Shown: positions 1 through 10,810, counted from the stretch's first letter. The stretch: DNA of 64,000 nucleotides from a bacterium (GCA_036274695.1 DASUFF010000141.1:3123-67122), one strand, 5' to 3'. Numbers and translations are program-made. Notes: a model not told the origin generated them from the letters alone.

Positions 1-1269
1 GGCGACGCGGCGGCGTTCCTCCGGATTCATGAGGCGCTTGCGGCGTTCGAGGCCGGCCACGATCCGCTCGATGGCCCCGATGAAGTCGTTCTCCTCCACA
101 GCCGCGGCCTTCCGCCGCGTGGCGAGGAGGGCCGCTTCGTTGACCAAGTTCGCGAGATCGGCGCCCGAAAATCCCGGGGTCAATCCCGCGATCCTTTCCG
201 CAGACACCTCCGCGGCAAGCTTCACCTTCTTCATATGGACCTTCAGGATCGCGGCGCGCCCGTTCAAGTCGGGATTGTCCAAGAGGATCTGGCGGTCGAA
301 CCTTCCCGCCCGCAGAAGGGCGGGGTCCAAGATCTCCGGGCGGTTGGTGGCGGCGAGAAGTATGATGCCCTTGGAGGGGTCGAACCCGTCGATCTCGGCC
401 AAGAGCTGGTTCAAGGTCTGCTGCATCTCTTCGTGGGCGCCGCCGCTCAAATAGCCCAGGGCCCGCGATTTGCCGACGGCGTCCAGCTCGTCGATGAAGA
501 GGAGGCAGGGGGCGCTGGCGCGCGCCTGCTCGAAGAGGTCGCGCACGCGCGCGGCTCCGAGGCCGACGAACATCTCCACGAACTCCGAGCCGTTGATGGA
601 GAAGAAGGGGACGTTCGCCTCGCCGGCGATGGCGCGGGCCATGAGCGTCTTGCCCGAACCCGGAGGACCCACGAGGAGGATGCCCTTCGGGGCCCGGGCG
701 CCCAGCTGGGCGTAACGCGCCGGGTCCTTCAAAAAATCGATCAGCTCGCGGACCTCTTCCTTCGCTTCCTCGACGCCGGCCACGTCGTCGAAGGTGATCT
801 TCACGTCCTTCTCCATGTAGATCTTGGCCTTGGACTTGCCCAGCCGCATGAGGCCGCCCTGGGCCCCGTCCGTCAGCCGCCCGAACATCCCGCGCCAGAG
901 CCAGAAAAGGAGGAGCAAGGGGAGGACCCAGGAGAGAACGGTCCAAAGGGTATTGTGATTGCGAGCCCCTTCGAAACGGACGCCTTTTTCCGTGAGCTTG
1001 GCGACCAAGTCCTTGTCCTCCACCCGCACCGCGAGGAACCGGCGAGGCTTGGCGCCGTCCGCGGGCTTGAAGACGCCCGCGACCTTATCCTCCGAAATGG
1101 CGACCTCCGCGACGTCGCCTTTTTCCAGGCGGGAGACGAAGTCGCTGTAGGGTATCTCCTCGGCGGGAGCGAACCAAGACGGGTTCTGCAGGAGCAGCCA
1201 GTAGCCGGCGATCAGGAGGACCAAAGCGACCCATCCCAGGCCGGGAATTCTCGACTTCCGCTCGTTCAT
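1..1269 (-). CDS. ftsH: ATP-dependent zinc metalloprotease FtsH (N-terminal ~420 aa; C-terminus beyond window start)
   Basis: Minus-strand translation gives [26 protein letters not shown]... with a TM helix, Walker A GPPGSGKT, Walker B LLFIDELD and the AAA second region of homology; it runs off the 5' edge, so it is absent from the ORF track. Confidence 0.9.
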   Translation of the reverse strand, partial: MNERKSRIPGLGWVALVLLIAGYWLLLQNPSWFAPAEEIPYSDFVSRLEKGDVAEVAISEDKVAGVFKPADGAKPRRFLAVRVEDKDLVAKLTEKGVRFEGARNHNTLWTVLSWVLPLLLLFWLWRGMFGRLTDGAQGGLMRLGKSKAKIYMEKDVKITFDDVAGVEEAKEEVRELIDFLKDPARYAQLGARAPKGILLVGPPGSGKTLMARAIAGEANVPFFSINGSEFVEMFVGLGAARVRDLFEQARASAPCLLFIDELDAVGKSRALGYLSGGAHEEMQQTLNQLLAEIDGFDPSKGIILLAATNRPEILDPALLRAGRFDRQILLDNPDLNGRAAILKVHMKKVKLAAEVSAERIAGLTPGFSGADLANLVNEAALLATRRKAAAVEENDFIGAIERIVAGLERRKRLMNPEERRRVA

Positions 1270-1338
1270 CCAAGCATTTTACCGCAATGCCCTTCCGGAG
1301 GGCATGACAAGGATCATGAATTTCAGCGGGCGGCGTGC

Positions 1339-2082
1339 TTAAGGGATCGGTATCGCGTCTTCATAGGGAAGCACCAAAACGCGCGTCCCGTGAAAATCGT
1401 TCTCCTTGGACGGGGTTTCCACGAAGAATTCGTTCAGCCAGAGGGCGTCCTCCGTGAAGAGGCGGACGCAGCCGTGGCTGGCGTTGTAGCCGGGCACCTC
1501 GGGCGAGCCGTGCAGCGCGTAGCCGCGTCGGAAGAACATGCAGTAGGGCATCGGGGCCCCTCCCTTGCCGATGGGGAATTTTCCGGATTTGCACTTGCGG
1601 CCGCCCTTGGAGAGCGCCGAAAACTCCCCGTCGGGGCTCCGGCAGCGGCTCCGCACGTCCGGACACCAATTCTTTCCGCCGGACGCCGGGCCCCAAAAAA
1701 CGAGCTTGCCGTCCTCGTCGTAGGCCCCCCAGGCGAGCTGGGAGAGGTCCACGACGACGAGTTTCTCTCCGTCCGTGTCGCGCTTTTTCGGGAAAGGCGA
1801 GACGCTCATCACCGTGGCCCGTTCCAGCTTCTTGGGCACGGCGAGGATCATGCCGGGGCGCAGCTTGACGTTCATCCGGTTCGCGCGCCGGACGAGATCA
1901 CGCTCGTAGTCGTCGGGCCAAAGAATCTCCCACGTGTCTCCCGCGTCCACTTCGAGGCATTCGTAGCCCTTTTGGGTGCAAAGAATTTCTCCATACCGGC
2001 TTCCGGCCCCAGCGCGCGGGACGGCGCCCAGGAGGGAGAGCAGCGTCAAGAGGCTCACGCAGAATCTTTTCATCAGGGACAA
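1339..2082 (-). CDS. L,D-transpeptidase (YkuD domain) with signal peptide
   Basis: N-terminal signal peptide and the catalytic motif HGSPEVPGYNASHGCVRL (His / SHGC). Confidence 0.8.
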   Translation of the reverse strand: MSLMKRFCVSLLTLLSLLGAVPRAGAGSRYGEILCTQKGYECLEVDAGDTWEILWPDDYERDLVRRANRMNVKLRPGMILAVPKKLERATVMSVSPFPKKRDTDGEKLVVVDLSQLAWGAYDEDGKLVFWGPASGGKNWCPDVRSRCRSPDGEFSALSKGGRKCKSGKFPIGKGGAPMPYCMFFRRGYALHGSPEVPGYNASHGCVRLFTEDALWLNEFFVETPSKENDFHGTRVLVLPYEDAIPIP

Positions 2083-2118
2083 TAGATCATGAGGGGAAGC
2101 GCCCCGGTATGATTTCGG

Positions 2119-3015
2119 TCACTTCCCCGCGCGCGATGGGAGCGTAAGGGTGGAGCAGGGGGCGTGCCGCACCACGTTCTCGGCGACGCTTCCCAGGACC
2201 AGATGTGCGAGCCCTCTCCGTCCATGGGTCGGGATGACGATCAAATCGGCTCTCGTGGAACGGGCGCTCCGGCAAATGGCGTCGGCCGGTGCGCCGGAGA
2301 GCACGTGAATGCGGGCCCGCACCTTGCGCGAAACGGCCGCGGCGACGAGCGTTTTCAACTTTTTATGAGCCTTCTTCCTTAAGTCCTCCGAGAGCGTGGG
2401 AGGAAAATAGAGGCGCATCTCGGGAAACGGCGCCAGGTTCTCGACGGTCGGAGAGACGTGAACGATCTCGAGGCGGGCGGAAAAGAGCCCGGCCAAGTCC
2501 GAGGCGGCGCGAAGGACGCGGCGGGAGGATTCGTCGAAATCCAGCGGCACCAAGATGCGTTTGGGCGGCCACGCCCTCGGCTTGCGGACCACCCAGACCG
2601 GCGCCGGAGAGCGGCGGACGATGCCTTCCGCCACGCTTCCCATCAGGACGTGAAGGAGCCCGGTCCTTCCGTGGCTCCCCATGACGACCAAGTCCGGCTT
2701 TTCGTCCTTCAAGACCCCCAAGACCGCCGTCTTCGGGTCTCCCGCGGCCAGGATGCCCTGGATCGAGCGCGGCGTTTGCCCTCCCTTTTTCTCCAAGAGG
2801 TTCCGCACTTCCCGGTACAGCCGCCGGTTGAGGAGGTTTTTCAAAGGCTCGGTCTGATGGCCCCAGTCGCGGATCAGGTAGGTGGGGCCGATTTCCCAGA
2901 CGTGGACGATGCCGAGGCGCGAGCGAAAGCGTGAGGCCAGCCTTTCCGAGAAATGAAGCGCTTCCCGGCCCGGCTTGGAAAAGTCATAAAGAGCGATGAT
3001 TTTTTCGAATTTCAT
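2119..3015 (-). CDS. Universal stress protein, tandem UspA domains
   Basis: Two Usp-like halves (..VVMGSHGRTGL..GSVAE.. and ..IVIPTHGRRGL..GSVAE..). Confidence 0.8.
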   Translation of the reverse strand: MKFEKIIALYDFSKPGREALHFSERLASRFRSRLGIVHVWEIGPTYLIRDWGHQTEPLKNLLNRRLYREVRNLLEKKGGQTPRSIQGILAAGDPKTAVLGVLKDEKPDLVVMGSHGRTGLLHVLMGSVAEGIVRRSPAPVWVVRKPRAWPPKRILVPLDFDESSRRVLRAASDLAGLFSARLEIVHVSPTVENLAPFPEMRLYFPPTLSEDLRKKAHKKLKTLVAAAVSRKVRARIHVLSGAPADAICRSARSTRADLIVIPTHGRRGLAHLVLGSVAENVVRHAPCSTLTLPSRAGK

Positions 3016-3099
3016 AATGCCGCTCCTGAACGCAAACGTTTATTCTAACCCCCCGCCTTAAGATCTCCATGACGAAAGTCATCCTGCGGCGGATCCGGA

Positions 3100-3990
3100 T
3101 CAGAGGGACTTCAGCCCCTTCACCCGCGTCCCTTCCCGGATCTTGTCGCCGGGATAAAGAATGACCGTTTCCCCCGCCTTAAGCCCCGAGGCCACGACCG
3201 CCTTGACGGGATTGCGGGACTCGATTTCGACGCGGCGCTTGCGGGCTTTGCCGCCTTCCACGGCGAAGACCTCCCACGAGTCGCCTTCGCGGAAGAGGGC
3301 GCCTGTGGGGACGGTCAGGGCGTCGTCCACGGAGGCGACGACGATGTGCGCGTCGACCCGGAAGTTGTCGCCCAAACCCTTCCATTCCTCCAAGGGCGAG
3401 ACGATCGTGATCACCACGTTCACGCGCTGCTCCTCCACGCCGAGGGCCGAGACCTTCATGAAGGCGGAGGGTTCCACGAGCTTGACGCGGCCTTGAAGGG
3501 GCTTCGGGCCGCCCCAGCCCTCGATGCGGACCGGGTCGCCGGAACGGACGCGGACGGCGTCGGTGGTCAGCACGTCGGCGACCACTTCGAGGGAGTGCGA
3601 ATCGGCGACGTCCATGATGGCGGCGCCCCGCAAAATGGGGCCCTCGCTGTCGCGCTGGACGCGGAGGACGTAGCCGTCGACGGGGGCTAATTGCGGCCGT
3701 TCCGGGCCCCAGTCGATGACGGCGACCGTTTGCCCCTTGAGGACGCGGTCTCCCGCCTTCAGGGTCACGCGCCTCAAGTTCCCTTCGACGTCGGCGATGA
3801 CGGTATAGATGTCCACGGCGCGCGTGATGCCGTCCTCGACGACCTCCTGCTCGTAAGGTCCGCGGGCGACCTGGGCCAATTCCACCGCCAACGGCCTCGG
3901 ACGGATCGCCCAAACGACGGCCGCGACGAGGAACAACCCGCCCAAGGCCAACAAAACGCGTTTGACCGTCCGGTAAGAGTCTCGTTCCAT
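3100..3990 (-). CDS. HlyD-family periplasmic adaptor (membrane fusion protein) of the ABC exporter
   Basis: The ORF track gives 3100..4299, but the upstream part is shadow in the permease gene. The likely start is the internal M (MERDSYRTVKRVLLALGGLFLVAAV.., a TM anchor) followed by a beta-barrel/lipoyl-like adaptor sequence. Confidence 0.75.
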   Translation of the reverse strand: MERDSYRTVKRVLLALGGLFLVAAVVWAIRPRPLAVELAQVARGPYEQEVVEDGITRAVDIYTVIADVEGNLRRVTLKAGDRVLKGQTVAVIDWGPERPQLAPVDGYVLRVQRDSEGPILRGAAIMDVADSHSLEVVADVLTTDAVRVRSGDPVRIEGWGGPKPLQGRVKLVEPSAFMKVSALGVEEQRVNVVITIVSPLEEWKGLGDNFRVDAHIVVASVDDALTVPTGALFREGDSWEVFAVEGGKARKRRVEIESRNPVKAVVASGLKAGETVILYPGDKIREGTRVKGLKSL

Positions 3991-3992
3991 GG

Positions 3993-6356
3993 TCACTCCG
4001 GCACTTTCAAGGCGCTCACCAGGTCCATCCGGTTGATGATGCGCCGGATGATGAGCGTGCTGAGGAAACTTGCGAGGACGACCACCGCGCTCGCCTGTAA
4101 AAAGGTGGACGGCTCCACGTGAATCGGCATTTGCATGTCCTTGGTTTCCATCAGGGCGATCATCAGCCGCACGAACCCATAACCCAAGACCCACCCCAAA
4201 GGAACGGCCAAGAGCGTGAGCACGGCGGCCTCTCCCGCCAGAATGCGGAAGACCTCGTTCCGCGTAAATCCCAAGACGCGCAGGCTCAAAAGCTCCCAAG
4301 TCCGCTCGGAGAGCGAGACGCGCGCGCTGTTGTAGACGACGCCCACCGAGATGATGGCGGCGAAACCGGTCAAGACCGCCGCGTAGACTAAGATGAAGCT
4401 GCCCATGGTCTTCTCAAACATGCGGATGGCCGTCTCCTTGACGTTGATCGCGCCGATCCGGGGCATGTTGCGGAGGGCCGCCAGCAATTCGTCCTTCCGG
4501 TCGGGATCGATCTTGAGGGAGGCGGACGTGACGGCGTCGTCGTTCATGAGCCGGTTCAACGCGCTCAGGTCCATCGCCGCGAAGGTGCCCACCCAATTAT
4601 CGACCACGCCCCCGCACGTTACCACCCAAGACGGGCGCTTGCCCGTCAGGACCTCCACGCCGAAGGCGTCGCCCGGACGGACGCCCAGGCGGTCCGCCAA
4701 ATTCTTGCTCAAGACCGCGCCCTCGGGCGGAAGGCCGATGCGTTGCATATGGCGGTCCAAGATCTGACGGAGCTTGGCGCCTTCCGGAAGGCCGAAGAGG
4801 GCGGTTTGTTCCGAAAAATTCGCGCGGCGGACGCGGACGGGGAGGGTCCGATAGCCTTCGACGGACAGGACGCCGGGAGCGTGCCCGAGCTCGTAGAGGG
4901 CGCTGCGGGAGGTGTCTTCGATGAAGGAGACGCCGACGTCGTCCCGCTGTAGGACCGAGAACTGGTAGTAAAGGATGTAGGCCACCGAATCCCGCCAGAA
5001 GAGTCCGAGCATGAGGATCATGAGGGCGAAGGAGATGCCGACGATCCCGAGCCCCGTGCGCACCGGGCGGATCGCCAGGTTGCGGAAGACGATCCGGCCC
5101 GTCGTGGAGAGGAAGCGGCTTAAGCCCAGGCGCTCGGAAAGGGTCTTGTGGAACATGAGGGGGACGGGCGGCCGCATCGCCTCCGCCGGCGCGAGCCTAA
5201 AGACGCGCCGCAAGGACCCGAACGCCCCGATCACGGCCGCCAGAAAGCTCACGCCCACGCCGGTGACGGCCTGGAGCGGGTTCAGGCGGTAGTCGAGGGC
5301 GGGAAAATGGAAAAAACCTTCATAGACGCGGCTCAACATCGTGCCGATCCAGACGCCTCCCGCGATGCCGGCGGCTGCGCCCAGGAAGACGATCGACGAA
5401 ATCATCTTGAGGTAATGCAGCGAGATCGACCAGTTGCCGTAGCCCAGCGCCTTCAGCGTCGCGATTTGCGAGCGCTGCAGGCCGATCAATCGGCTGATGA
5501 CGACGTTCAGCAGGTAGGCGGAGACGGAGAGGAAGACGAAGGGGATCAGCGTGGCGGAGACCTTTTGTTGGGCGATCTCGTCGGTCACGGCGCGGTTCGA
5601 AAGCTGATCCTCCCGGCCGTAGGCCCCGAGCCCTCCGTAAGTCGCCAGGATCCGGTCGATGGATTCGATCACGCGCTTTTTGCTCGCGCCGGGGGCGAGC
5701 TTGAGCGTCACGCTGTTGAAGGCGCCTTTCATGTCCAGGGCGTGGGCGAGCGTGTCCTCCGGGATCCAGAAGATGCCGAACTCGCGGTCGTTGGGGATCG
5801 GCGTGGCTCCGCTGATCGCGTAGACATACTCAGGCGAGAGTCCCAAGCCCACCACGTGGAGCTTTTTGTATTTGCCTTCCAAGACGGCGACGATCTCGTC
5901 GCCGGGTTTGAACCCGTTGGCCCGGGCGAAGCCTTCGCCCATCACGACCTCGTCGCCGCGCGCCGGATCCACCATCCGCCCTTCGCGGATGTGGAGGCGA
6001 TTCAGCTCGATCCGCCCGTCCTCCGGAACGGAAATGAAGCGGCCGACCGCCGGCTCGACGCGGCCCGGGATTTCCAAAAGGGCGTCCCGCACCACGCGCG
6101 TCTCCAAGCTGGCGACTCCGTCGATCCTCTGAAGCTCTTCCCGGACGGGGAGGGGGGCGCGCTTGAGCTCCGCAAAGACGTCGGCGAAACGCCCTTGCCG
6201 GTAAAAGGCGTCCTGGGCGAGCTTGAGAGAATCGTGCGTGCTCAAAGAAGCGATGAGAGCCGAGATGCCGCTGCCCACCACCAGGGCTATGGTCACGACC
6301 TGGGCCTTCATGCCCCATAGATCCCGGAAGGCCTTGAGATCGAGCTTCCTCACCAT
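3993..6356 (-). CDS. ABC transporter permease, FtsX family with two FtsX repeats (MacB/YbbP-like)
   Basis: 787 aa from internal start [19 protein letters not shown]..; two 4-TM FtsX modules and large periplasmic domains; its start overlaps the ATPase stop by ATGA at 6350-6356. Confidence 0.8.
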   Translation of the reverse strand: MVRKLDLKAFRDLWGMKAQVVTIALVVGSGISALIASLSTHDSLKLAQDAFYRQGRFADVFAELKRAPLPVREELQRIDGVASLETRVVRDALLEIPGRVEPAVGRFISVPEDGRIELNRLHIREGRMVDPARGDEVVMGEGFARANGFKPGDEIVAVLEGKYKKLHVVGLGLSPEYVYAISGATPIPNDREFGIFWIPEDTLAHALDMKGAFNSVTLKLAPGASKKRVIESIDRILATYGGLGAYGREDQLSNRAVTDEIAQQKVSATLIPFVFLSVSAYLLNVVISRLIGLQRSQIATLKALGYGNWSISLHYLKMISSIVFLGAAAGIAGGVWIGTMLSRVYEGFFHFPALDYRLNPLQAVTGVGVSFLAAVIGAFGSLRRVFRLAPAEAMRPPVPLMFHKTLSERLGLSRFLSTTGRIVFRNLAIRPVRTGLGIVGISFALMILMLGLFWRDSVAYILYYQFSVLQRDDVGVSFIEDTSRSALYELGHAPGVLSVEGYRTLPVRVRRANFSEQTALFGLPEGAKLRQILDRHMQRIGLPPEGAVLSKNLADRLGVRPGDAFGVEVLTGKRPSWVVTCGGVVDNWVGTFAAMDLSALNRLMNDDAVTSASLKIDPDRKDELLAALRNMPRIGAINVKETAIRMFEKTMGSFILVYAAVLTGFAAIISVGVVYNSARVSLSERTWELLSLRVLGFTRNEVFRILAGEAAVLTLLAVPLGWVLGYGFVRLMIALMETKDMQMPIHVEPSTFLQASAVVVLASFLSTLIIRRIINRMDLVSALKVPE

Positions 6357-7060
6357 GAAAGCTCCCCGGGTTTGAGCTTTTTCGCGTTGGTCTCCAAGGC
6401 CGTGATCCTTCCGTCGCCCAGGCGGACGACCCGGTCCGCCATGCCCGCGATGGCTGCGTTGTGGGTGATGATGACCGTCGTCGTGCCGAGATCTCGGTTC
6501 ACCCGCTGCAGGGCCTCCAGGACCATCTTGCCCGTCTGGTAATCGAGGGCCCCCGTCGGCTCGTCGCACAGAAGGACGTCCGGGCCCTTGGCGATGGCGC
6601 GGGCGATGGCCACGCGCTGTTGTTCGCCGCCGGAGAGCTGGGAGGGGAAGTGGCCGAGCCGTTCTTCGAGGCCCACGAGCTTGAGCGCTTCCCGCGCGTC
6701 CATCGGCTTCTCGGCGATTTCCGTAACCAACACCACGTTCTCCAGGGCGGTCAGGCTGGGGATCAGATTGTAGAATTGAAAAACGAAGCCGATGTGCTCG
6801 CGCCGGTAGCGGGTCAGCGCCTCTTCGCCCGCTTCGCGCAGGTTGTGGTCCCGGTAACGGACCTCGCCGGACGTGGGCGTGTCGAGCCCGCCCAAGATGT
6901 TCAGGAGCGTCGACTTGCCGCTGCCCGACGGGCCCAACAAGACGACGAACTCGCCGTCGTAGAGATCAAGATCGATGCCCCTGAGGGCGGGCACTTCCAC
7001 CTCGCCCATCGTGTACGTCTTCGTGAGGCCTTTGGCGGAAAAGACGGGCGTTCGATCCAT
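6350..7060 (-). CDS. ABC transporter ATP-binding protein (LolD/MacB-type)
   Basis: Walker [13 protein letters not shown] signature [14 protein letters not shown], Walker [13 protein letters not shown]. Confidence 0.9.
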   Translation of the reverse strand: MDRTPVFSAKGLTKTYTMGEVEVPALRGIDLDLYDGEFVVLLGPSGSGKSTLLNILGGLDTPTSGEVRYRDHNLREAGEEALTRYRREHIGFVFQFYNLIPSLTALENVVLVTEIAEKPMDAREALKLVGLEERLGHFPSQLSGGEQQRVAIARAIAKGPDVLLCDEPTGALDYQTGKMVLEALQRVNRDLGTTTVIITHNAAIAGMADRVVRLGDGRITALETNAKKLKPGELSW

Positions 7061-7221
7061 AAATCAAATTATCACGGAGACGGCCCACTCCCGAATGATT
7101 TTGGTCAGTCCTCCGCCCTCTGCCCAAAATCATGGCGGGCCCTGACCTCTGTCATACCGTCCTCCCGCCGCCCGATTTAAATTAATGATAGATGAGGGAA
7201 ACGACCAAGAAAGGAACCGCT

Positions 7222-7479
7222 ATGAAACCCGGCAAAAAACCGGCGAAAGCCGCCCCCCGCAAGCCATTGAACGACCGGATGGAGGCCCTCCTGAAGGAGT
7301 TTTTGGCCAAGGTGGCCGAGGCCTCCTACCAAGTCGCCCTCAAGACCGGTTTTCGGGGGTCGTTCATGACCTTCCTGTCGGATCTCCAAGACGCGCTCGA
7401 CCAGGTCGTCCACAAGGACAGGGCGCTGGCCCGTCGCCTGGGCCGCGCGGCTGCAGCCGGCCACCGCGTGGTTCATTAA
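7222..7479 (+). CDS. Hypothetical small Lys/Ala-rich protein
   Basis: ORF 7192..7479; the more likely start is ATG 7222, preceded by AAGGAA. No recognisable domain. Confidence 0.35.
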   Translation: MKPGKKPAKAAPRKPLNDRMEALLKEFLAKVAEASYQVALKTGFRGSFMTFLSDLQDALDQVVHKDRALARRLGRAAAAGHRVVH

Positions 7480-7497
7480 GCCGCCGGATGAGGTCTT

Positions 7498-7887
7498 TCA
7501 TCCCAGCAACTCCATCGCCTGCGCCAGCTTCTCCCGTACCCGGTGCGCGATCTTCTCCAGCTCCGGATTGGCGATGGCCTGCATGGACGCGGCCGGATCG
7601 ACGGCGGCCACCTCGACGCGGCCGGGCGCGTGCTCCTGGACGATCACGTTGCAGGGAAGCATCGTCCCGATCTTGTCTTCGGCCAGCAGGGCCTGATGAG
7701 CGAAGGGGGGATTGCAGGCCCCGAGGATCCGATAATTGCGAAAGTCGACGTCGAGCTTTTTCTTCAACGTCGCCTTGACGTCGATGTCGGTCAGGACGCC
7801 GAAACCCTCTTTCTTGAGCGCTTCGACCGTGCGGTTCACCGCGTCCTCGAAGGTCGTCTTCAAGGTCTTGCTGAAGTAGTAAGGCAT
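7498..7887 (-). CDS. DUF302-family protein
   Basis: 129 aa; ..GFGVLTDIDVKATLKKKLDVDFRNYRILGACNPPFAHQAL.. is typical DUF302. Confidence 0.65.
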   Translation of the reverse strand: MPYYFSKTLKTTFEDAVNRTVEALKKEGFGVLTDIDVKATLKKKLDVDFRNYRILGACNPPFAHQALLAEDKIGTMLPCNVIVQEHAPGRVEVAAVDPAASMQAIANPELEKIAHRVREKLAQAMELLG

Positions 7888-7901
7888 GGCGCTTCTCCTT
7901 C

Positions 7902-8312
7902 CTATTTTACGAGCAGAATGGGGCAGGGCGCGAGGATGGCCACCTTGTAGCTGATCGTCCCCCAGTCCTGTCCCTTCCGCCCCGGTGTTACGGCGTGCGA
8001 ATTCATCACGATCAAATCCACCTTACGGGCCCGCGCGGTGCGCACGATGCCCTCCGTCCGGTGCCCCAGGTAAATTTCCTCCCGGACGGGCCGCCGCCGG
8101 ATCGCGTGCCCCAGCTTTTTCATGCGAATCCGCGCGTCCGTCAACAGCTCCGCGTAAAACTTCTTGAGCTCCCGGTTCGTCGGAAGACGGATTTCCTCCA
8201 CGATATGCAGGAGTGTGATCCGCGCGCGCGGCCCGCCCGCCTGAAGGGCCGCGGCGACGGCGCGCTTGTTCTTGGGGGTGAAGTCGACGGGGATCAGTAT
8301 GTTCCGGAACAT
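7902..8312 (-). CDS. Universal stress protein (single domain)
   Basis: MFRNILIPVDFTP...DLIVMNSHA.. fits the Usp fold signature. Confidence 0.7.
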   Translation of the reverse strand: MFRNILIPVDFTPKNKRAVAAALQAGGPRARITLLHIVEEIRLPTNRELKKFYAELLTDARIRMKKLGHAIRRRPVREEIYLGHRTEGIVRTARARKVDLIVMNSHAVTPGRKGQDWGTISYKVAILAPCPILLVK

Positions 8313-8373
8313 GGAGCCTCCTGGCGATTATGAGACACCAAAGGCGTTTTCTGCGGAATGACGAAAGTCAGGT

Positions 8374-8814
8374 TCAGGGCGGTGAAGTATACGCGTTCTC
8401 GCAGGGCGAATCGCAAAAGTAGGTCGCTCCCTTGAGGCAGCGGGCGGCGTCCTTCGTCAGCGCCAAGAGGCAATTGAGGGTCGGGCTTTTGACGATCGAG
8501 AAACTCTTGTCGTCGTCGCTCCAAATCCCCGGAAATTCCTTCCCGTCGCTGAGAATGACCACCGAGTTCCCGTCCTCGGCGACGGTGACGTCGATGTGGG
8601 AAGCGAGCTCGGCGCAATCCCCCTGGCCCAATTCATAGGGGCCGTTGGCGAAGGCGGGGTCGCGGGTGGTGTAGATCCCGAGCTGATCCGTTTCATAATC
8701 CTTGTTCGTTTTTATGAAACTGTCGGAGCACGCCCCGGTGGTGCCTTGCTCGTTGCAGCCGGCCAGGAACAGCGGGAGGGCCAGAGCGACGAGCGAAGGA
8801 AGTATTCTTTTCAA
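8374..8814 (-). CDS. Cys-rich lipoprotein, hypothetical
   Basis: Probable TTG start giving (M)KRILPSLVALALPLFLAGC.. with a lipobox LAGC; overlaps the upstream stop as TTGA. Confidence 0.5.
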   Translation of the reverse strand: MKRILPSLVALALPLFLAGCNEQGTTGACSDSFIKTNKDYETDQLGIYTTRDPAFANGPYELGQGDCAELASHIDVTVAEDGNSVVILSDGKEFPGIWSDDDKSFSIVKSPTLNCLLALTKDAARCLKGATYFCDSPCENAYTSPP

Positions 8815-9155
8815 CTGCAGAAGCCTTCGTTGAGCTCCACGTTTCGGAATTCCGTGTCGATGCAGCAGTCGGCCTCGCAGGTGACTCCGCCCTCCGTGAT
8901 GTTGTCGCAGACCTCTTCGGGCGTGATGGTGTAGTCGTCTTCGTTGAAGTAGAAGCAGTCGGCCTCCCATTCGCCGAATCCGAATCCGTCGCAGCCGTCC
9001 GTCACGCGCTTTTCGTAGGAGCACGCAAAATTTCCGTCGCCGCCGCCGCTGCTGCCTTCGCCGCCGCATCCCGCGGGCCCCGCGGAGTAAAACGCGGCCA
9101 GCGCCAGAAAGCCCGCCGCGAAACCGCCCAGGATCGTCGCCCTCTTTTTGCTCAT
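8811..9155 (-). CDS. Cys-rich secreted/lipoprotein, hypothetical
   Basis: MSKKRATILGGFAAGFLALAAFYSAGPAGCGG.. signal followed by 10+ Cys. Confidence 0.5.
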   Translation of the reverse strand: MSKKRATILGGFAAGFLALAAFYSAGPAGCGGEGSSGGGDGNFACSYEKRVTDGCDGFGFGEWEADCFYFNEDDYTITPEEVCDNITEGGVTCEADCCIDTEFRNVELNEGFCS

Positions 9156-9308
9156 AGGCCCTCCCCTTAAGATTTCGTTTAAGAACGTGATTTAGGTGCT
9201 ACTATGAAGGCCGCCGCTCGGAAACATGATTTTCGCCGGGATCGGTCCCCCCGCCCGCATGAGCAAAGTCATTGTCTTTTCGGGCGCCCGTTATAGATTC
9301 TGTTCGCC

Positions 9309-10466
9309 ATGAGACCATTCCTTGCGGTTTTTTTGGCGGTTTGTTGCGTCCTGGGCGCCGCCTCGTCGCCGGCCGAAGAGCTCGAACTGAAGTCCATGGC
9401 CTACCGGCCTTTGGCCCCGCTCATGGAATATAATTTCCAGACGCTTTTGGAGCTGCAGGAGTACGCGGCGTCACCCAAGCCCCTTCGCGATCCCGTCAAT
9501 TATTCCCGACTTTCAAGGCTCATCGACCGCCTGGCCGGAATCGCCCACGCCCTCCCCGAGATGACCGTCAAGGAGCGCCCGGGGCTTTCGGCCGTGGGGG
9601 CCGTCTACGAGGATTATCTTAACGATTTGAAAGCGGGACTGGCGTCCGGCGATTCCATCGCCCTCAGGAACCGGATCCGAACCGCCGCCGGATTCTGTTT
9701 CGAGTGCCATGCCAGCGCCTCGGGGACCGGTTTTTCGGATGCGCGAAAGCAGGCGGAGCGGCTCCGTCTCAGTCCCTTCCAGAAGGCGGAATTCCTGGCT
9801 GCGACCGGGCAATTCGAAGACGCGCTCAAGGCCTACAAGGGTCTCTTGGCGTCCGGCCCAGCGGAATCCGTGCCGTTCGTCGATCTTACGCGGGCCGTGA
9901 GGAACGCGCTGATCCTCGCCGTTCGGGTCAAACAGGACGCGGCCTTGGCCGAAGAGATCTTGGGTCTCGTGAAGAAGCACGAAGACCTCTCGGCCTCTCT
10001 CGGCGGGACCCTCGGGGCTTGGGAGAAGGATCTCGCAGCTTGGATGAAGGACAAGTCAGGCAAGGCCGTCAACGCGGGAGACCGGCTGGAGAAGGCAAGG
10101 AGCCTGGTCCGTCGGGCGGAGTCGCTCCAGACTTATCCGGCCGATCACGCCGGCGACTTGAGTTATTTAAGAGCCATCGCCTCCGCCCAGGAGGCCTTGG
10201 CCCTCGGTCCAAACGCCCTCCAAAAAGCGGAGGCCTTCTCGATCTTGGCCCAGGCCCATTTCATGCTCGAAGATCCTCTCCTCTGGAACTTGGACGGCTA
10301 TTATTGGGAGGCTTGCGTGGAGGCTGCGCCCCACACCCCGCAGGCCCGTGAATGCTTCCAACGCTGGGTTCAGGACATGTCCTTCCATTACACGGGGAGC
10401 TTTGGAAACCACCTGCCCGAGGAGGCTTCGAAAAAGCTGATCCGGCTCAAGGATTTTGCGAATTGA
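9309..10466 (+). CDS. Secreted helical protein with a single CXXCH haem-binding motif (putative c-type cytochrome), hypothetical
   Basis: Signal peptide MRPFLAVFLAVCCVLGAAS; one CFECH motif; otherwise no recognised domain. Confidence 0.55.
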   Translation: MRPFLAVFLAVCCVLGAASSPAEELELKSMAYRPLAPLMEYNFQTLLELQEYAASPKPLRDPVNYSRLSRLIDRLAGIAHALPEMTVKERPGLSAVGAVYEDYLNDLKAGLASGDSIALRNRIRTAAGFCFECHASASGTGFSDARKQAERLRLSPFQKAEFLAATGQFEDALKAYKGLLASGPAESVPFVDLTRAVRNALILAVRVKQDAALAEEILGLVKKHEDLSASLGGTLGAWEKDLAAWMKDKSGKAVNAGDRLEKARSLVRRAESLQTYPADHAGDLSYLRAIASAQEALALGPNALQKAEAFSILAQAHFMLEDPLLWNLDGYYWEACVEAAPHTPQARECFQRWVQDMSFHYTGSFGNHLPEEASKKLIRLKDFAN

Positions 10467-10549
10467 TCCGGCCGGTGGGAACCAAGCTCGGCGGCTCCAA
10501 ACAAGGCTTCTCCGGCCGTCGCTGGAGCCGCCGCCGGCGATCGGCGTTC

Positions 10550-10810
10550 CTAGAATTGCTGATGGGCGACGCGCTTGAGATCCTTCCACGATTTTTTCAG
10601 CTCGCCCCGGAAGGCGCGAAGGGCGCTTTTTCCGGCGCCTCTCAATTTCCTCAGATCCCTTTCTGCGGCGTTAGCGATGATGCCGAACTTTTGGACGTTC
10701 CTTTCGATCTCCTTGGCCGCCAGACGGTTGGCCTTCCGGATCTTGATCCGGAGCCGGCGCAGCTGCGCGTCCAACGATGGGGAATGCCCGTTTCCTCGTG
10801 CTCTTTTCAT
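10550..10810 (-). CDS. Hypothetical small basic helical protein
   Basis: Internal start MKRARGNGHS..; 86 aa, lies 84 bp after the ACP gene on the same strand. Confidence 0.3.
   Translation of the reverse strand: MKRARGNGHSPSLDAQLRRLRIKIRKANRLAAKEIERNVQKFGIIANAAERDLRKLRGAGKSALRAFRGELKKSWKDLKRVAHQQF

Noticed and set aside
235-2085. 616-aa plus-strand ORF
   Set aside because: It is antisense to ftsH and the L,D-transpeptidase; its Arg/Ala/Gly/Pro-rich composition is typical of shadow ORFs in high-GC DNA, and it has no domain signal.
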